A stretch of 63,997 nucleotides of DNA, filler included, from Catajapyx aquilonaris (Eukaryota): assembly GCA_000934665.2 (NCBI GenBank). It is 4 parts of 4 records of this genome, joined end to end, with 100 filler letters (N's around TTAATTAATTAA, not from the genome) between each part and the next. Parts side by side here need not be neighbours in the genome. Positions count along the whole stretch, not along the records: positions 1 to 15,939 come from JYFJ02007338.1; 3 more parts are not named here. One strand, 5' to 3'. Below are positions 1 to 10,820 of this stretch, one piece after another. The position numbers and the translations under genes were made by a program. Position 1 is the stretch's first letter; every line of letters begins with the position of its first letter. Below the pieces are notes generated by a model. It was given only the letters and a program-made list of their open reading frames with translations. It ran no database searches and was not told where the DNA came from.

Positions 1-272
1 TGATGGTTTTGGCGGCCATTTTGAAGTGGGGGCAACGCCAACGAGGTACAAATAGGGTACAGGCAAAAATATAAGGTCCACCATCTTTGATTCGCGCGTG
101 TTCTTGCCGTGTAGTTGCCATGGCCGCCAAAACCATCAATGATGGCGGACCCTAATTTTGCCTGTACCCTATTTATACCTCGTTGGCGTTGCCCACACTT
201 CAAAATGGCCGCCAGCCTTGGCAACGGTCCCAAACAGAGAGACGCGGAAATCGAATGTTTGCGCCTCTTAAC
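1..272. mobile_element. Truncated foldback MITE, same family as 34166-34564
   Basis: Internal inverted repeats (ggcggccattttgaagt...agggtacaggcaaaa versus ttttgcctgtaccct...acttcaaaatggccgcc). Near-identical blocks occur at 34186-34546. The CCCTG terminus is missing here. Confidence 0.8.
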
Positions 273-302
273 GCTTACAGAAGTTTTCATGTCTGTTTCC
301 AG

Positions 303-1715
303 GTGTCTTTATCGTATGTCCAGGAGTGTTTGGTGTCAAGTTCAACTAGAAAAAATTCAGAAGGCATTGCATCGACGACAAGTACAATCGACGAGTTGTT
401 GTTTGAACCCGTGCCAACAACATCGATTGTAGTAGATGAGAAGGGAACAACAATCCAACAACATGCTCTGGATTTTTACAGAGCTGGAAGATACAACATG
501 GCTTCAGCATCATTTAAGGAGCTTTTGAGACACCAGGAAGATACCCATCAAGAGTGCCTGAGAACCAAGATCAACTTAGCAATCAGTCTGGCTGATGAAG
601 GAACATACGACGGTGCATTTCGATTGTGCCAGGAGATGTTACGTACCATAGAACACCACGAGGACACTCTCAGAATCCGCCATGTCACAGCCTATGTGCT
701 TAATCTTATGAGTAAACACGACAAGACAGTGTACCAGCAAGTTTTGGAGCAGCAGATTCAGCTGTTAGGTCCTGACCATCCGGAGACTCTAGGCACGATA
801 CACAACATAGGTCTGGTCCTACATAAGCAAGGGAAGTTTACAGAGGCGTACAGAGTTTGTACTCATGTCTTAAATAAGCGGATACAGGTTTTGGGGTCAA
901 ACGATCATGAGACTCTCAGTACAAAGCATAATGTCGCATTAGTACTTCAGGAGCTAGGAAAGTACATGGAGGCATTGAAGGTTTACAGTGAGGTTGCTGA
1001 TGTGCAGAAGATGCATGACCACCCTCACACACTAAGCACAATGCATGGTATTGCGTACGTGCTGAAGTGTCAAGGAAAGTACGATCAGGCACTTCAGTTA
1101 TTCAAAGAAGTATTGACAAAGCAGTGTCCAGATCATCCGGATACTTTAGTCACAAGGCACAACATAGCATCCACTCTTCATGATCAAGGAAAGTACGACG
1201 ATGCTTTGAACTTGTACAACGATGTACTGGCAATGAGACAGAAAGTGTTGGGTTCAGACCATCCGGACACTTTAAGCACTATGCACAACATAGCTTCGAC
1301 ACTTCAGAGTCTTGGGAATTTCCAGGATGCTTTAGTTGCATATCAGGATGTGTTAACAAAAAGGGAGATAATTTTGGGGGTTGATCATCCCAACACTTTA
1401 ACAACTAAGAATAACGTGGCAGGCATTTTGGCTAGGACGGGAAGACATGACGATGCAGTGGCGACTTACAAGCATGTTTTGGATAAGAGAGAAGCTGCGT
1501 TGGGTACTGGTCATCCAAACACTTTGTCTACAATGTTGAACATGGCTGGAGCTCTAACTCGTCAGAAGAAGTATGTCGAAGCTTTAAATGTGTACAAGAA
1601 AGTGTTGGGAAAGCAGGAGGCAACTTTGGGTTGTGAACATACGGACACTCTGAGGACAAAACATTACGTGGCAATGACTGAAGAATTCTTGATGAAATTA
1701 CAGGGCGTATCATAA
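303..1715 (+). CDS. Terminal exon encoding about 9-10 tandem ~42-aa TPR repeats (kinesin-light-chain/TPR_12 type)
   Basis: Repeats of LGxDHPxTLxTxHNIAxxLxxQGKYxEALxxYxxVL in the 183..1715 ORF. A plausible in-frame acceptor (tgtttccag|GTG) lies at 302/303. The first part of the raw ORF is MITE-derived. Confidence 0.85.
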   Translation: MSLSYVQECLVSSSTRKNSEGIASTTSTIDELLFEPVPTTSIVVDEKGTTIQQHALDFYRAGRYNMASASFKELLRHQEDTHQECLRTKINLAISLADEGTYDGAFRLCQEMLRTIEHHEDTLRIRHVTAYVLNLMSKHDKTVYQQVLEQQIQLLGPDHPETLGTIHNIGLVLHKQGKFTEAYRVCTHVLNKRIQVLGSNDHETLSTKHNVALVLQELGKYMEALKVYSEVADVQKMHDHPHTLSTMHGIAYVLKCQGKYDQALQLFKEVLTKQCPDHPDTLVTRHNIASTLHDQGKYDDALNLYNDVLAMRQKVLGSDHPDTLSTMHNIASTLQSLGNFQDALVAYQDVLTKREIILGVDHPNTLTTKNNVAGILARTGRHDDAVATYKHVLDKREAALGTGHPNTLSTMLNMAGALTRQKKYVEALNVYKKVLGKQEATLGCEHTDTLRTKHYVAMTEEFLMKLQGVS

Positions 1716-2303
1716 ACACTCTTTTCAACGACTTATTGGATTTCCTGGTTATGAGTTATGGATTATATATTTTTTTGAACGTGTTGAACCTTAATTACGA
1801 CACGAGGCAGCAATGAGGAAAGTTGCACATATCACACCACATACTTTGGATTTTTTTCTGTAGTATGTAGGCCTACATGATAAGTGGGAAGTAATCCCTC
1901 TTGTAGGTGCCCATAGAATAGTGAATCAATTAAATAAATATTTTGCCTATATTATGAAGAGGACTTCATTTTGGCCACCAGTGTACAGAACACACAGACT
2001 TGTCGCACTTGCTGATATAATAATAACCTGCATTATCTCAAGCGACAACGAACTACCCTGCAGAGTCATGCACGTTATCAGAGCAAAAGATTATATTCAT
2101 GGCACCCATAGGATGTGGTTTGCAGATATGTTTGCATATGTCGTGGGGCAGAGTGTCGCACTGTGCAGGTTATTCTTGCTGTGCTTGAACAACGTATTAG
2201 TTTTTCGACTGTCACTGCTCACTGCCAGAGGTAAGTGGTGTGGATTGGAGTCACATCAATGTAAAGTAATAGCTTCTGGGTCACTACAGATCGGAAATCC
2301 ACA

Positions 2304-2819
2304 ATGTCGTCTGATGATGAACGGGACAGAAAGACATGGAATAACCTGCACGTGGCAGCACACATGGGCCATTACGATATAGTGCAAGACTTGCTTAACC
2401 TCGAAGACAATGTGAACGTGAGGAGCGGAATCCATCACCTGACCCCGCTCATTTTGGCCTCCAGGTCAGAGAGACTGATGGCCTGCGAGACTCTGATTGA
2501 CCACCCTGGATGTGACGTCAATGCTCAAGACAAAGACGGACGGTCAGCTCTTCACGAGGCAGCCCAGACAGGGAATGTCCAGATATGCAAGAAGCTTCTG
2601 GACAATGAGGCTATGGTGGACATCCAGACCAACATGGGGGCCACTCCGCTTCACTTGGCAGCGGAGTATGGTAACCTCATAGTTGTCAAGCTTCTGTTGG
2701 TCAAGGGTGCTGATGCAGATGTAAAAACAAAAGACGGAAAGACACCAGGTGACCTGGCTGTCAACGCAGGACACCGAGACATCTTTAATTATCTGAATGA
2801 ATACAGAGGAAGATATTAA
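2304..2819 (+). CDS. Ankyrin-repeat protein (171 aa, 4-5 ANK repeats)
   Basis: LHVAAHMGH, TPLILAS, GRSALHEAA, GATPLHLAA and GKTPGDLA motifs. Possible 5'UTR intron 2231-2289 (gag|gtaagt...ctacag). AATAAA follows the stop at about 2846. Confidence 0.9.
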   Translation: MSSDDERDRKTWNNLHVAAHMGHYDIVQDLLNLEDNVNVRSGIHHLTPLILASRSERLMACETLIDHPGCDVNAQDKDGRSALHEAAQTGNVQICKKLLDNEAMVDIQTNMGATPLHLAAEYGNLIVVKLLLVKGADADVKTKDGKTPGDLAVNAGHRDIFNYLNEYRGRY

Positions 2820-3203
2820 GAATATTGGATCACTGTAGAATATTAAATAAATTACAACACAAGAGAACAACATCAATGTGTCTCCGACTATGTACAGGGT
2901 GACCAAAATGAACCTCCCTAGCAAGTCTAGTCTAGTCTTATCACACGTACTTGTTAGATTGTAACCATGGACAGAGCCGTGATAATAATTATCATGAAAA
3001 TAATATTTTCATGATAATGTTATCATCATGGCTGGATCGTGCTGCATATATTCTGATAACATACTGAAGATATGCAGCATGGTTACTAAGCACTGAATTT
3101 TCTGCAGGACAATTCTGTACTTCTAAGACTCAATAATAATTGCAAACTCCTTAGAAGGTGGTAGTACATGACTGTACCAACATGTACGTAACTGAGAAGA
3201 ACA

Positions 3204-3719
3204 ATTTCCGAGGATGAACAGGACAGAGGGACATGGAGTGAACTGCACTGGGCAGCACACATGGGACATTACGAGATAGTGAAGTACTTACTGGACCAGG
3301 GAGACGATGTGAACGTGAGGAGCGGAATCCATCATCAGACTCCGCTCATTCTGGCCTCCAGGTCAAAAATGCTGATGGCCTGCGAGACTCTGATTGACCA
3401 CCCTGGATGTGGCATCAATGCTCAAGACAAAGACGGACGGTCAGCTCTTCACGAGGCGGCCCAAAGAAGCAGTGTCCAGATATGCCAAAAGCTTCTGGAC
3501 AATGGAGCTGTGGTGGACGTCCAAACCAACACGCAGGTAACTCCGCTTCATTTGGCGGTGAAGTTTGGCAGCCTGATGGTTGTCAAGCTTCTGCTGACAA
3601 AAGGGGCTGACAAAGATGCAAAGACCAAGGAAGGAAAAACACCGAGAGCACTGGCAGTCGAAGCAGGAAACCTACGAATCTTGCGTTACCTAGACGGCTT
3701 GAATCAGGATGCCAGGTAA
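3204..3719 (+). CDS. Second ankyrin-repeat coding segment, paralog of 2304..2819
   Basis: Same repeats, with long stretches of nucleotide identity to copy 1. Homology extends upstream of the ATG at 3261 (ISEDEQDRGTWSELHWAAH versus MSSDDERDRKTWNNLHVAAH). The copy-1 ATG position is ATT here. Confidence 0.85.
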   Translation: MSEDEQDRGTWSELHWAAHMGHYEIVKYLLDQGDDVNVRSGIHHQTPLILASRSKMLMACETLIDHPGCGINAQDKDGRSALHEAAQRSSVQICQKLLDNGAVVDVQTNTQVTPLHLAVKFGSLMVVKLLLTKGADKDAKTKEGKTPRALAVEAGNLRILRYLDGLNQDAR

Positions 3720-3957
3720 ATGACAAAGATTTTCTTTCCATCATTCAGATCTAACAATGTCATCCTGCTTCTTCAGGGCAGAGGACACCAAATCCTTATC
3801 GACATCAGCCAATCCAAGTCCAACAGAAGAGTCGATTGTGGCAAGTCCTTCACAAATCTGGAAAAGTGACATATAGTATGTAGTGTCACGAATAATTTAT
3901 TACACGGCTGAGATGCAGGGATATCCAAGAAAGTTACCAATATTACTTCATTTCTAG

Positions 3958-4350
3958 GTTTCCATATCACTTGGGGACAATGTTCATGCGGATGTTACGT
4001 CAGGCTCGCTTCAACAAGCATTAACGACTTATAGGGAGATATTGCCATGCAAGTATGAAACGCTGGGTCCAGATCATCTGTACAGCTTCCATACAGAGAG
4101 CAGCACGGCCTATACACTCCTTCAGCAAGAAAAATATCCTGAAGCAATTGAGGCGTACAAATTGGTTTTAAAGAAACAAACTTGCCCTGCTGACATAGCC
4201 ACAAAAAGCGAGATTGCTTACATACTCCAACATCAAAGAAAATATATCGAAGCCCTAGGCACGTATAAATGTTTTAGAAAAACAAATAGATATTTTGAGC
4301 ACTGACCATCTTACTAAGGAGAACACTATCGCAATTATTTTGGAGTGCAA
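3958..4350 (+). pseudogene. Truncated, frameshifted TPR exon
   Basis: Acceptor tttctag|GTT is in frame with ALTTYREIL...LGPDH...QQEKYPEAIEAYKLVL...IAYILQHQRKYIEALGTYK. After a frameshift near 4270 it continues as VLEKQIDILSTDH, then homology ends. Confidence 0.7.
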
Positions 4351-5377
4351 ATTGCACCTTTGCATCCAAATATTTCGACCCCCCCCTGCTGTTATCTCAA
4401 TAATGAGCCAAACATACTTGGCAACTAAACCTGGAGCTGTAAATAAGAATTAGGAAAATAAATCGAACACGACAATCACTGCACAGTATATTATTGTATC
4501 CTGTTACATGACACCTGAGAGTTAAAAATCAGGAGTCCCGTTGTGAATGACTATGGACGGATCAACTTTCCTGAGCATGACTTAGCGAAAAAACATGAAT
4601 AAATGCAATGTTTTGAATGCATGTTAATCCCCCTCTACTTGTCAACTTATGCGACTTGTGATTACAGTTCAAGGAATGCAAAAAAATGTGTTTTACTGAG
4701 AAAGCACTATTTGGTAACTAGTCTTAAGCTTGACCTTTGGCGTCAACATATTGCATCATTGGAATCAGCATTTTTTGGCACAACTTTTTGTTTGACGTCA
4801 ATCAACGTGCGGTTGAGAAAATCTCTAGTTACGTACTGTGAAACTCATTCGAGATTTTACCTAACCGCATTAACACAACTTCAACTTATCTTAAAATAAG
4901 TACGTTCATTATAAGAACACATCCAGTTACCTGGCAAATGGGCATGTATTGAGCAACAAGCGTACAAGGATTATTCTAAAAAGGTATAAATGTAATGAAA
5001 CATCGGTCATCTTTCACAATGCATCCGAATACAAATTACGAGTCAGGAATTAAATCATGAGTCGTAATGAAAAGTATCAAAGCAAAAAGAAAAGGCACTT
5101 ATTGGTACATCCTCGACATGTCAAGTTATAAACTGACGTGTGTTTTGCATAGCACCCGGGATGGGAGGAAAAAAAAAAAAAAGCTTTACAAATTCACCAT
5201 AATGAACAAAACACATCAGCTTATAATTTCACTTGTCATGAGGTTCAACTTTTTCCCGTAACAAAAAACTTAAGTACTACGTAATAGTAAGGAGAGAAAA
5301 AAGAGACAAAAAAAAAATAAAGCACACAGCCTTGTAGCATCACTCGAGATATGTCCTAATACAGTCAGGTACTTAGC

Positions 5378-7871
5378 CTAAGGTGGAAGCGACGGCGACG
5401 ATGGCGGCGGAGGTGCACGCTGCAGCATGGTCTGCTGATAGAAGTTCTCCAGCAGCATCATGCGCTCCCTCTGAAACGAGATAAAATTGTAACTCGTAGC
5501 TGGGTCAATCCCTAGTGTACTTACAGCCTGCTGCTGTCCCTTCATGGCTTCGTACATTGTCAGGACTTGAATTTGCTCCTGGGTTAGAAGCGGCGGAGTC
5601 ATCGGCACGTTGTTCATCGGACGCATCGCAGCAATTTGAGCTACCATCCCGTCAGGCACATACTGTGGAGGCATCGCTGGTAAGTATGGAATGTTTGCGG
5701 CGGGATTCATCTGGACAGGATAGAATCCTGGCTGGGAAGTCAGCCCTGGAGGGAACACTGGACTTGGCGGCAGGACAGATGGAGATGTTGGTGCGGTTGA
5801 TGGGACTAGACCCAACCCCTGCTCTAATGGTGTCACGAGCAACCTCCTCCGACGCTGGGCATTACTCATGTTGATGGGCGGCTCTCCAGTTAACATGGCA
5901 GGAACTTGCGGCAATATCGGCATCGGTGCGGACAAAGGTGGCTTCCAGTCCGCGGTCCAAGTTGCACCTGGTGACGGCTGAGCCAAGTGAAGAGGGGGCG
6001 GCTCGGGAGGCAGATTTCTCCCAAATGCCACAGAAGGACCCATGTTGACCACAGGATTCGGAGGGGCTTCAGTCATATTATTATTTTTGGTTTCATCCAT
6101 GACAGGTCCCTGCGGTGTCGGCTGCGGACAGTTCGGAACAGATCCAGCAACGGATGGCGTTGGCGAGATATGTTCCATCCGCAGAGCAGCCCTAGTTGAA
6201 TAGTTTGGTGACGACCTGGGCTTCTCCAAAGCAAGGAGGTTCTGCGGATTTGGATTCTCTTCCATGGGCGGACCAACTCCAACGTCCACATGCAAAGGTT
6301 GCTTACTTCCAACGTCTTCCCTGGGACTGCTAGTGGCTTCTGGATTGTCAGTGTTCTCATCATAACACAACCTCGGGTTCCGCTTCCTCGGCACCTTCGG
6401 AACCTCCTGTTGCTCAGTCGGTGGTGGCTTTTCCACTGCTGGAGACTTGGGCACAGGCTGCCTTTCCAGCCTGCTTTTCTTTTCGGTGCCATCCACATTG
6501 ACCTGTGAATGAACTGACGTACAAGCTTCGGATGCCCCCGTGCCGGTCACCTCTTTCTTGCGGATTCTCTCAGTGAACTTCCGATCCTCCTCCAACTTGG
6601 ACTCCAGGCTGGCTGCAAGGACTTTCTGCAGCAGTTCTTCCTCCAGCTCATCAGACGTCAGCATAGGCTTATCTCGGCCAGATTTCCGCACCCAATGTGG
6701 CCCATTGTATGTTAAAACCTCAGCTCCATCTGCACAGAAAGAGGGGATGTTAAATACATAGCATAATTTTGAATGCGTCATGTGCTTACCATCAACAACT
6801 TCCTCAGTCTCCTCTAGTGGCGGAAGTGCTTCTGCTTGTCCGCTTGATTTCGGCCGCACACGCCTCTTCCGATTTAACACAAGCTCAGGTTCGGTGTCTT
6901 GTCCAAAGTCTTCCATCCTAACCGTAGCATGTGAGGCTGCATTGGAATCAAGAGGGAAGAGCCTGTTTTCTCTCCGCATCTGGTCCTCCATCTCCTTGGT
7001 CTGAAGGCTGAACTCAATTGCCCTGCGCACCATTTCTTTCTCCTCATCATCAGTTGTCGTGTAGTCGTCTGCTGCGCGATGGAAAAGGTCGCGTCCCGGC
7101 CGCTGCAGCCATCTATTAACATGCTCGGGTTCAGGTGATGGTGGAGGCTGCCGTATCTCTGCAAAGGAAGCGCGGCAGAGTCAAAAACATTATCGCACTG
7201 AATCATGCGGACTTACCTCTATCTTCCGGAATTTCCTCATGAAGCTTGACGAAACTGCTGGCCTCCTGCTTCTTCAACATCTTCTTCGTCACACGCTCCT
7301 GCCTGGAACTGGAGGATAAGCCCCAGGCTTCGTCATGCTTTCCGTAACCATCATATTCCCTCATCCCCATCATTTCCAAGTCTTCATTCTCCTTGCTGCC
7401 ACAAGCCACGCGCCCACTACCTATGTGCTTCTTGCTGTTAAAGGGTTCATTCCACCTGGTTCGGAGAGATTATTGCATATAAGAAATATGATTTTCGGCA
7501 CACCCAAAACTTATTTTTACGACTAAAGTGCGGAAAACCAAATGATGATCTGACATCATCGTTTCTTACAATGTTGCTTTTTTACTCTTTACTCATATTG
7601 TTCTCCGAGGGTATTTCCATGGAAACTTTGATGACGTCAGATCGCCGTTTCGTTATCTGCACTGTACAACTCAAGTGAGAAATTCTGAGCTGTGTGTTCC
7701 TCCAAATTGCGCAACAGTTGTGCACTGTAATTTTTACCACAATTTATCCTCTGGGATGAGGCTTGCTGCTCCAGCAACAGATCCGTCATCCTCCTCCTCC
7801 TGTTGGTGGTCCATTGAGTTGGTGCTACCCTTGGATTTGCCATGCTTTTGCTGAGATTCATCTCCATTGGA
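5378..7871 (-). CDS. Spliced gene for a Pro/Gln-rich, largely disordered protein with two UIM-like motifs (exons 7871-7738, 7455-7217, 7158-5378; 5' end uncertain)
   Basis: 551-aa ORF plus two upstream GT-AG exons that join in compatible phases. UIM-like motifs EEKEMVRRAIEFSL and EEELLQKVLAASL. A possible further exon ends at 9804. Confidence 0.75.
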
Positions 7872-8059
7872 CTGAAAACAAAAGGAGAAAATGACTCACA
7901 TGCTGAAAAGAGTGTGACACAATTCTTCATGTCAATTAGGACATGGCTATGTGGAAAATGTACAAGATATGACAGATATTAGTTTATTTAAAAAAAAGTT
8001 GAACCGAGGCTCACGACATGTAATTTATGCAATTAGTGGAACCATTTAAATAATTCTCA

Positions 8060-8460
8060 GCAAGATCTGCCCCGGGGTCAAACCACCAAACGCGGACAAA
8101 AGAGGGCGGATAATAATAAAAAAGCGCCGTCACCGCTCACAAAATAACTCCGGGGGCAGTTCACCTCGGGGCCGATTCACTTCAGGCACCAGGTAAGGGA
8201 AGGTCCGGTACCTGGTCACTAAAAAATAAATAATTTACCTGCAAGATCTGCCCCGGGGCCAAGCCATAAGACGCGGACAATGAGAGGCCAGATTAGTATT
8301 GAGAAACTCGCACATTCACGATATCACTCCGGGGGCAGTCCGCCGCGGGGTCAATAAGTTTTGGAACCCGAGGGCGGGAACCACTTCACTTAAAAAAATA
8401 TATATCTCACCAAGGTCGGCCCTGGGGCCAGACCCCAGACGCGAGCAAGCAGAGGCCATT
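8060..8460. repeat. Three diverged ~170-180 bp tandem repeats, probably subterminal repeats of a DNA transposon
   Basis: caagatctgccccgggg...cgcggacaa...gagg recurs at about 8061, 8242 and 8411. Confidence 0.6.
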
Positions 8461-8670
8461 TAACATGGGCCAGGATAGGAAAATTCCCGCCTCTGCACAT
8501 GTAACGCCTCCATTTTCATGGCAGGCCAAATTTGAGAGGTGCGAAACTGGAAATTGGTCAATTGCTGTAAAAATTAGGCCCTATCACGGGGTAATTTTTA
8601 AAAATTGTAGTAAAAATTTAATATAAACGCATATCTTACTTTCATGCCATCTCCTGTGGTGGTATAGAAT

Positions 8671-8955
8671 AAAAATTTATTTTATTTTTTATTTTACCCC
8701 GTGCTCGAGGCATTCAGCTCGTTTTGGGGGGAGGGGAAGGTTCCCAAGGGGGGGCATCCTCGGTTAATAGTCACTCTCAGATACACCAGACCTTTTTTCT
8801 GGCCCCGGGCAGCTTAGGGAGTGCAATGCTGCCCCGACGTGTCGGGTGAAAATCGGAAAAAGACCCGGCCAAGCAGAGGTGACGGGGACGGGATTTGAAC
8901 CCCAGCCTCCCGCTTGGCTAGCCAGTGGCGTAACCACTAGACTACCACGCCTCCC
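8671..8955 (-). mobile_element. tRNA-derived SINE
   Basis: Minus-strand head GGGAGGCGTGGTAGTCTAGTGG (A box) ... GGTTCAAATCCC (B box), A-rich tail, and flanking TATAGAAT direct repeat (8663-8670 and 8957-8964). Confidence 0.8.
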
Positions 8956-9299
8956 TTATAGAATTTAAAAAAAAATTGTTATACATCTGCGAATTTGTTA
9001 CGCAAATTTCAGCAACACCAGAATTGATCAGCGCAGCCCCCCCCCACGACTCCCTATCTAGCCTTATGGTGACGGTTGTTGAATATGTGTCGCCACCGGC
9101 CAGGAATTTGGGGCTGGCGTGGCCCAGCAGGCATGTTGCTGTTCGGGTAGCTGACTGGTGATCTGCCGATGGTTCAGGCGTCCCTGAGAGTCCGCCTGAA
9201 CCAAATGATCGCTGTGGGGAAGCGCCAGCGCCGCGAACTTTGACTTTTATATTACCGCTACCGTATCGTATGAGTTGCATGGGGCTGGATCAGACAAAA

Positions 9300-9470
9300 G
9301 GCCGGTATCCACGTACGAGATTCTCGCATACGAGGAGCCGCGAGGAGCCAACTGTGCATGCCCAGATACGAGAAAGTTGAAAATTGTCTACTTTTTCCCC
9401 TTTCCTCGTATCTGGGCATGCGCACCTCGTGGCTCCTCGTATGCGAGAATCTGGTACGTGGATAGCGGCC
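9300..9470. mobile_element. Palindromic MITE (PIF/Harbinger-like termini)
   Basis: ggccggtatccacgtacgagattctcgcatacgaggagcc... is the inverted repeat of ...ggctcctcgtatgcgagaatctggtacgtggatagcggcc. It is followed by TAA. Confidence 0.7.
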
Positions 9471-10535
9471 TAAAGCTTTACTCTTTCATCATCGATTATT
9501 ACGAACAATTTACATGAAACTAACTGGGCAGTTGCGACTGCGTTACATGAGTTTAAAAATCTGTTCCGCTTTTGTACTTAACTTGCAATAATGACGTGGA
9601 ACAGTTGGCGTTCCGGTAAGAACATGCGGGTTTCTTACGCATGCGGCTGCCATGTTCTCTTCCCGCTGTATGTAAATGCGGGCCGCCCAAACACCGGAAC
9701 AAGCTACTTATCGCTCTAATTACATGTATAATTACATATAAGTGTTTGCCATGAATTAAACCCTAATTAAATGTTCTAAAATGCTGCAAATGTAATCTGA
9801 CACCTGTGACTTTGGTACATGTCCATAAACCCAGCCTGAAAGTGTGCCGTACCGGTTCCATTCTCGACTCCTCTTGTTCTTCAGGGTGAGGGACAACTTC
9901 GGGGGGAGCCAAAGGGCTGGTTTTGGAGGCTGTTGAAGCGAAGAGAAGGACTCGAAAATGTTCCGAAAAAAATTGGAACAAAAATTTTTTCGCCGACCGT
10001 TTGATCCACCTAGTTCATCATCCACATGGCCAGGTGGCAGCACCCTCGGGCGAATAAATCGGCCACTTGTTGAATTATTAGGAATAGATTAAATTTAAGG
10101 AATAAATTTAAGCGACAAATTAGCAGTTAAATAATTAGTTTAATTCTAATTAACAGGCGGTTTAAATTTAAAAAAGGTGAGTTAGTAATGTGCTGATCAC
10201 GTGACCAAATGGCGAATCCAAGATGGCCGCTCCTTTGCTAAAAAATTTTTGCCATTTGTTAAAGCGTAATTACTTATGTTAATTAGACTGTTAATTGCAT
10301 GTTAATGTTTCAGCCTGATGCGCCGTCGCATGTGTGTTATCTGCAAGATAATTAAATCCATGCATAACAAAGGTCACCAGTTCTCATTAAATATTTTCAG
10401 AATTTATTAATTACTTATTATTGCCAATTATGACATGTTACAGACACACACATTAATTACCTCATGTGTTCAATGACGTACAGGATGTGACAATAGCAAT
10501 ATTGTTGGCACTCGGCAACATATTTTGTCTAAATA

Positions 10536-10742
10536 CCGTCAAACGGGGTGAGAATGTGCCAGCCAATTTCTTGGACAACAGTATATACCCTACTCGTCAT
10601 TGCCAACCTCGACCATCTCTGAATGTAGTAAAACGTACTTAAATTCACTAGTTTACACCTGCTGCCAGTAGGGAGCACTCTTGTCCAAAAAGACGCTGGC
10701 ACAATCTCACCCCACCTGGCACAATCTCACCCCGTTTGACGG
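10536..10742. mobile_element. Tc1/mariner-pogo-type MITE downstream of BTB-ZF copy 1
   Basis: TA|ccgtcaaacggggtgagaatgtgccag ... ctggcacaatctcaccccgtttgacgg|TA. Confidence 0.8.
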
Positions 10743-10820
10743 TACTACTCCAGTCGGCAACCTCCAACAGCTGGCTACGACTCCAGGAAAACACCAGGAA
10801 AATCACCAAAGAAAACGAAC

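Noticed and set aside
115..432. ORF MPWPPKPS... and its twin at 34160..34351
   Set aside because: Both are chance frames within the same MITE family.
8060..8460. Spaced repeats as a CRISPR-like array
   Set aside because: The units are long and diverged, the context is eukaryotic and there are no cas genes.
8860..8955. tRNA genes at the SINE heads (also about 24130-24217, 35150-35226 and 47731-47806)
   Set aside because: They have A/B boxes but no complete cloverleaf, and carry SINE bodies; three also have tails and TSDs.
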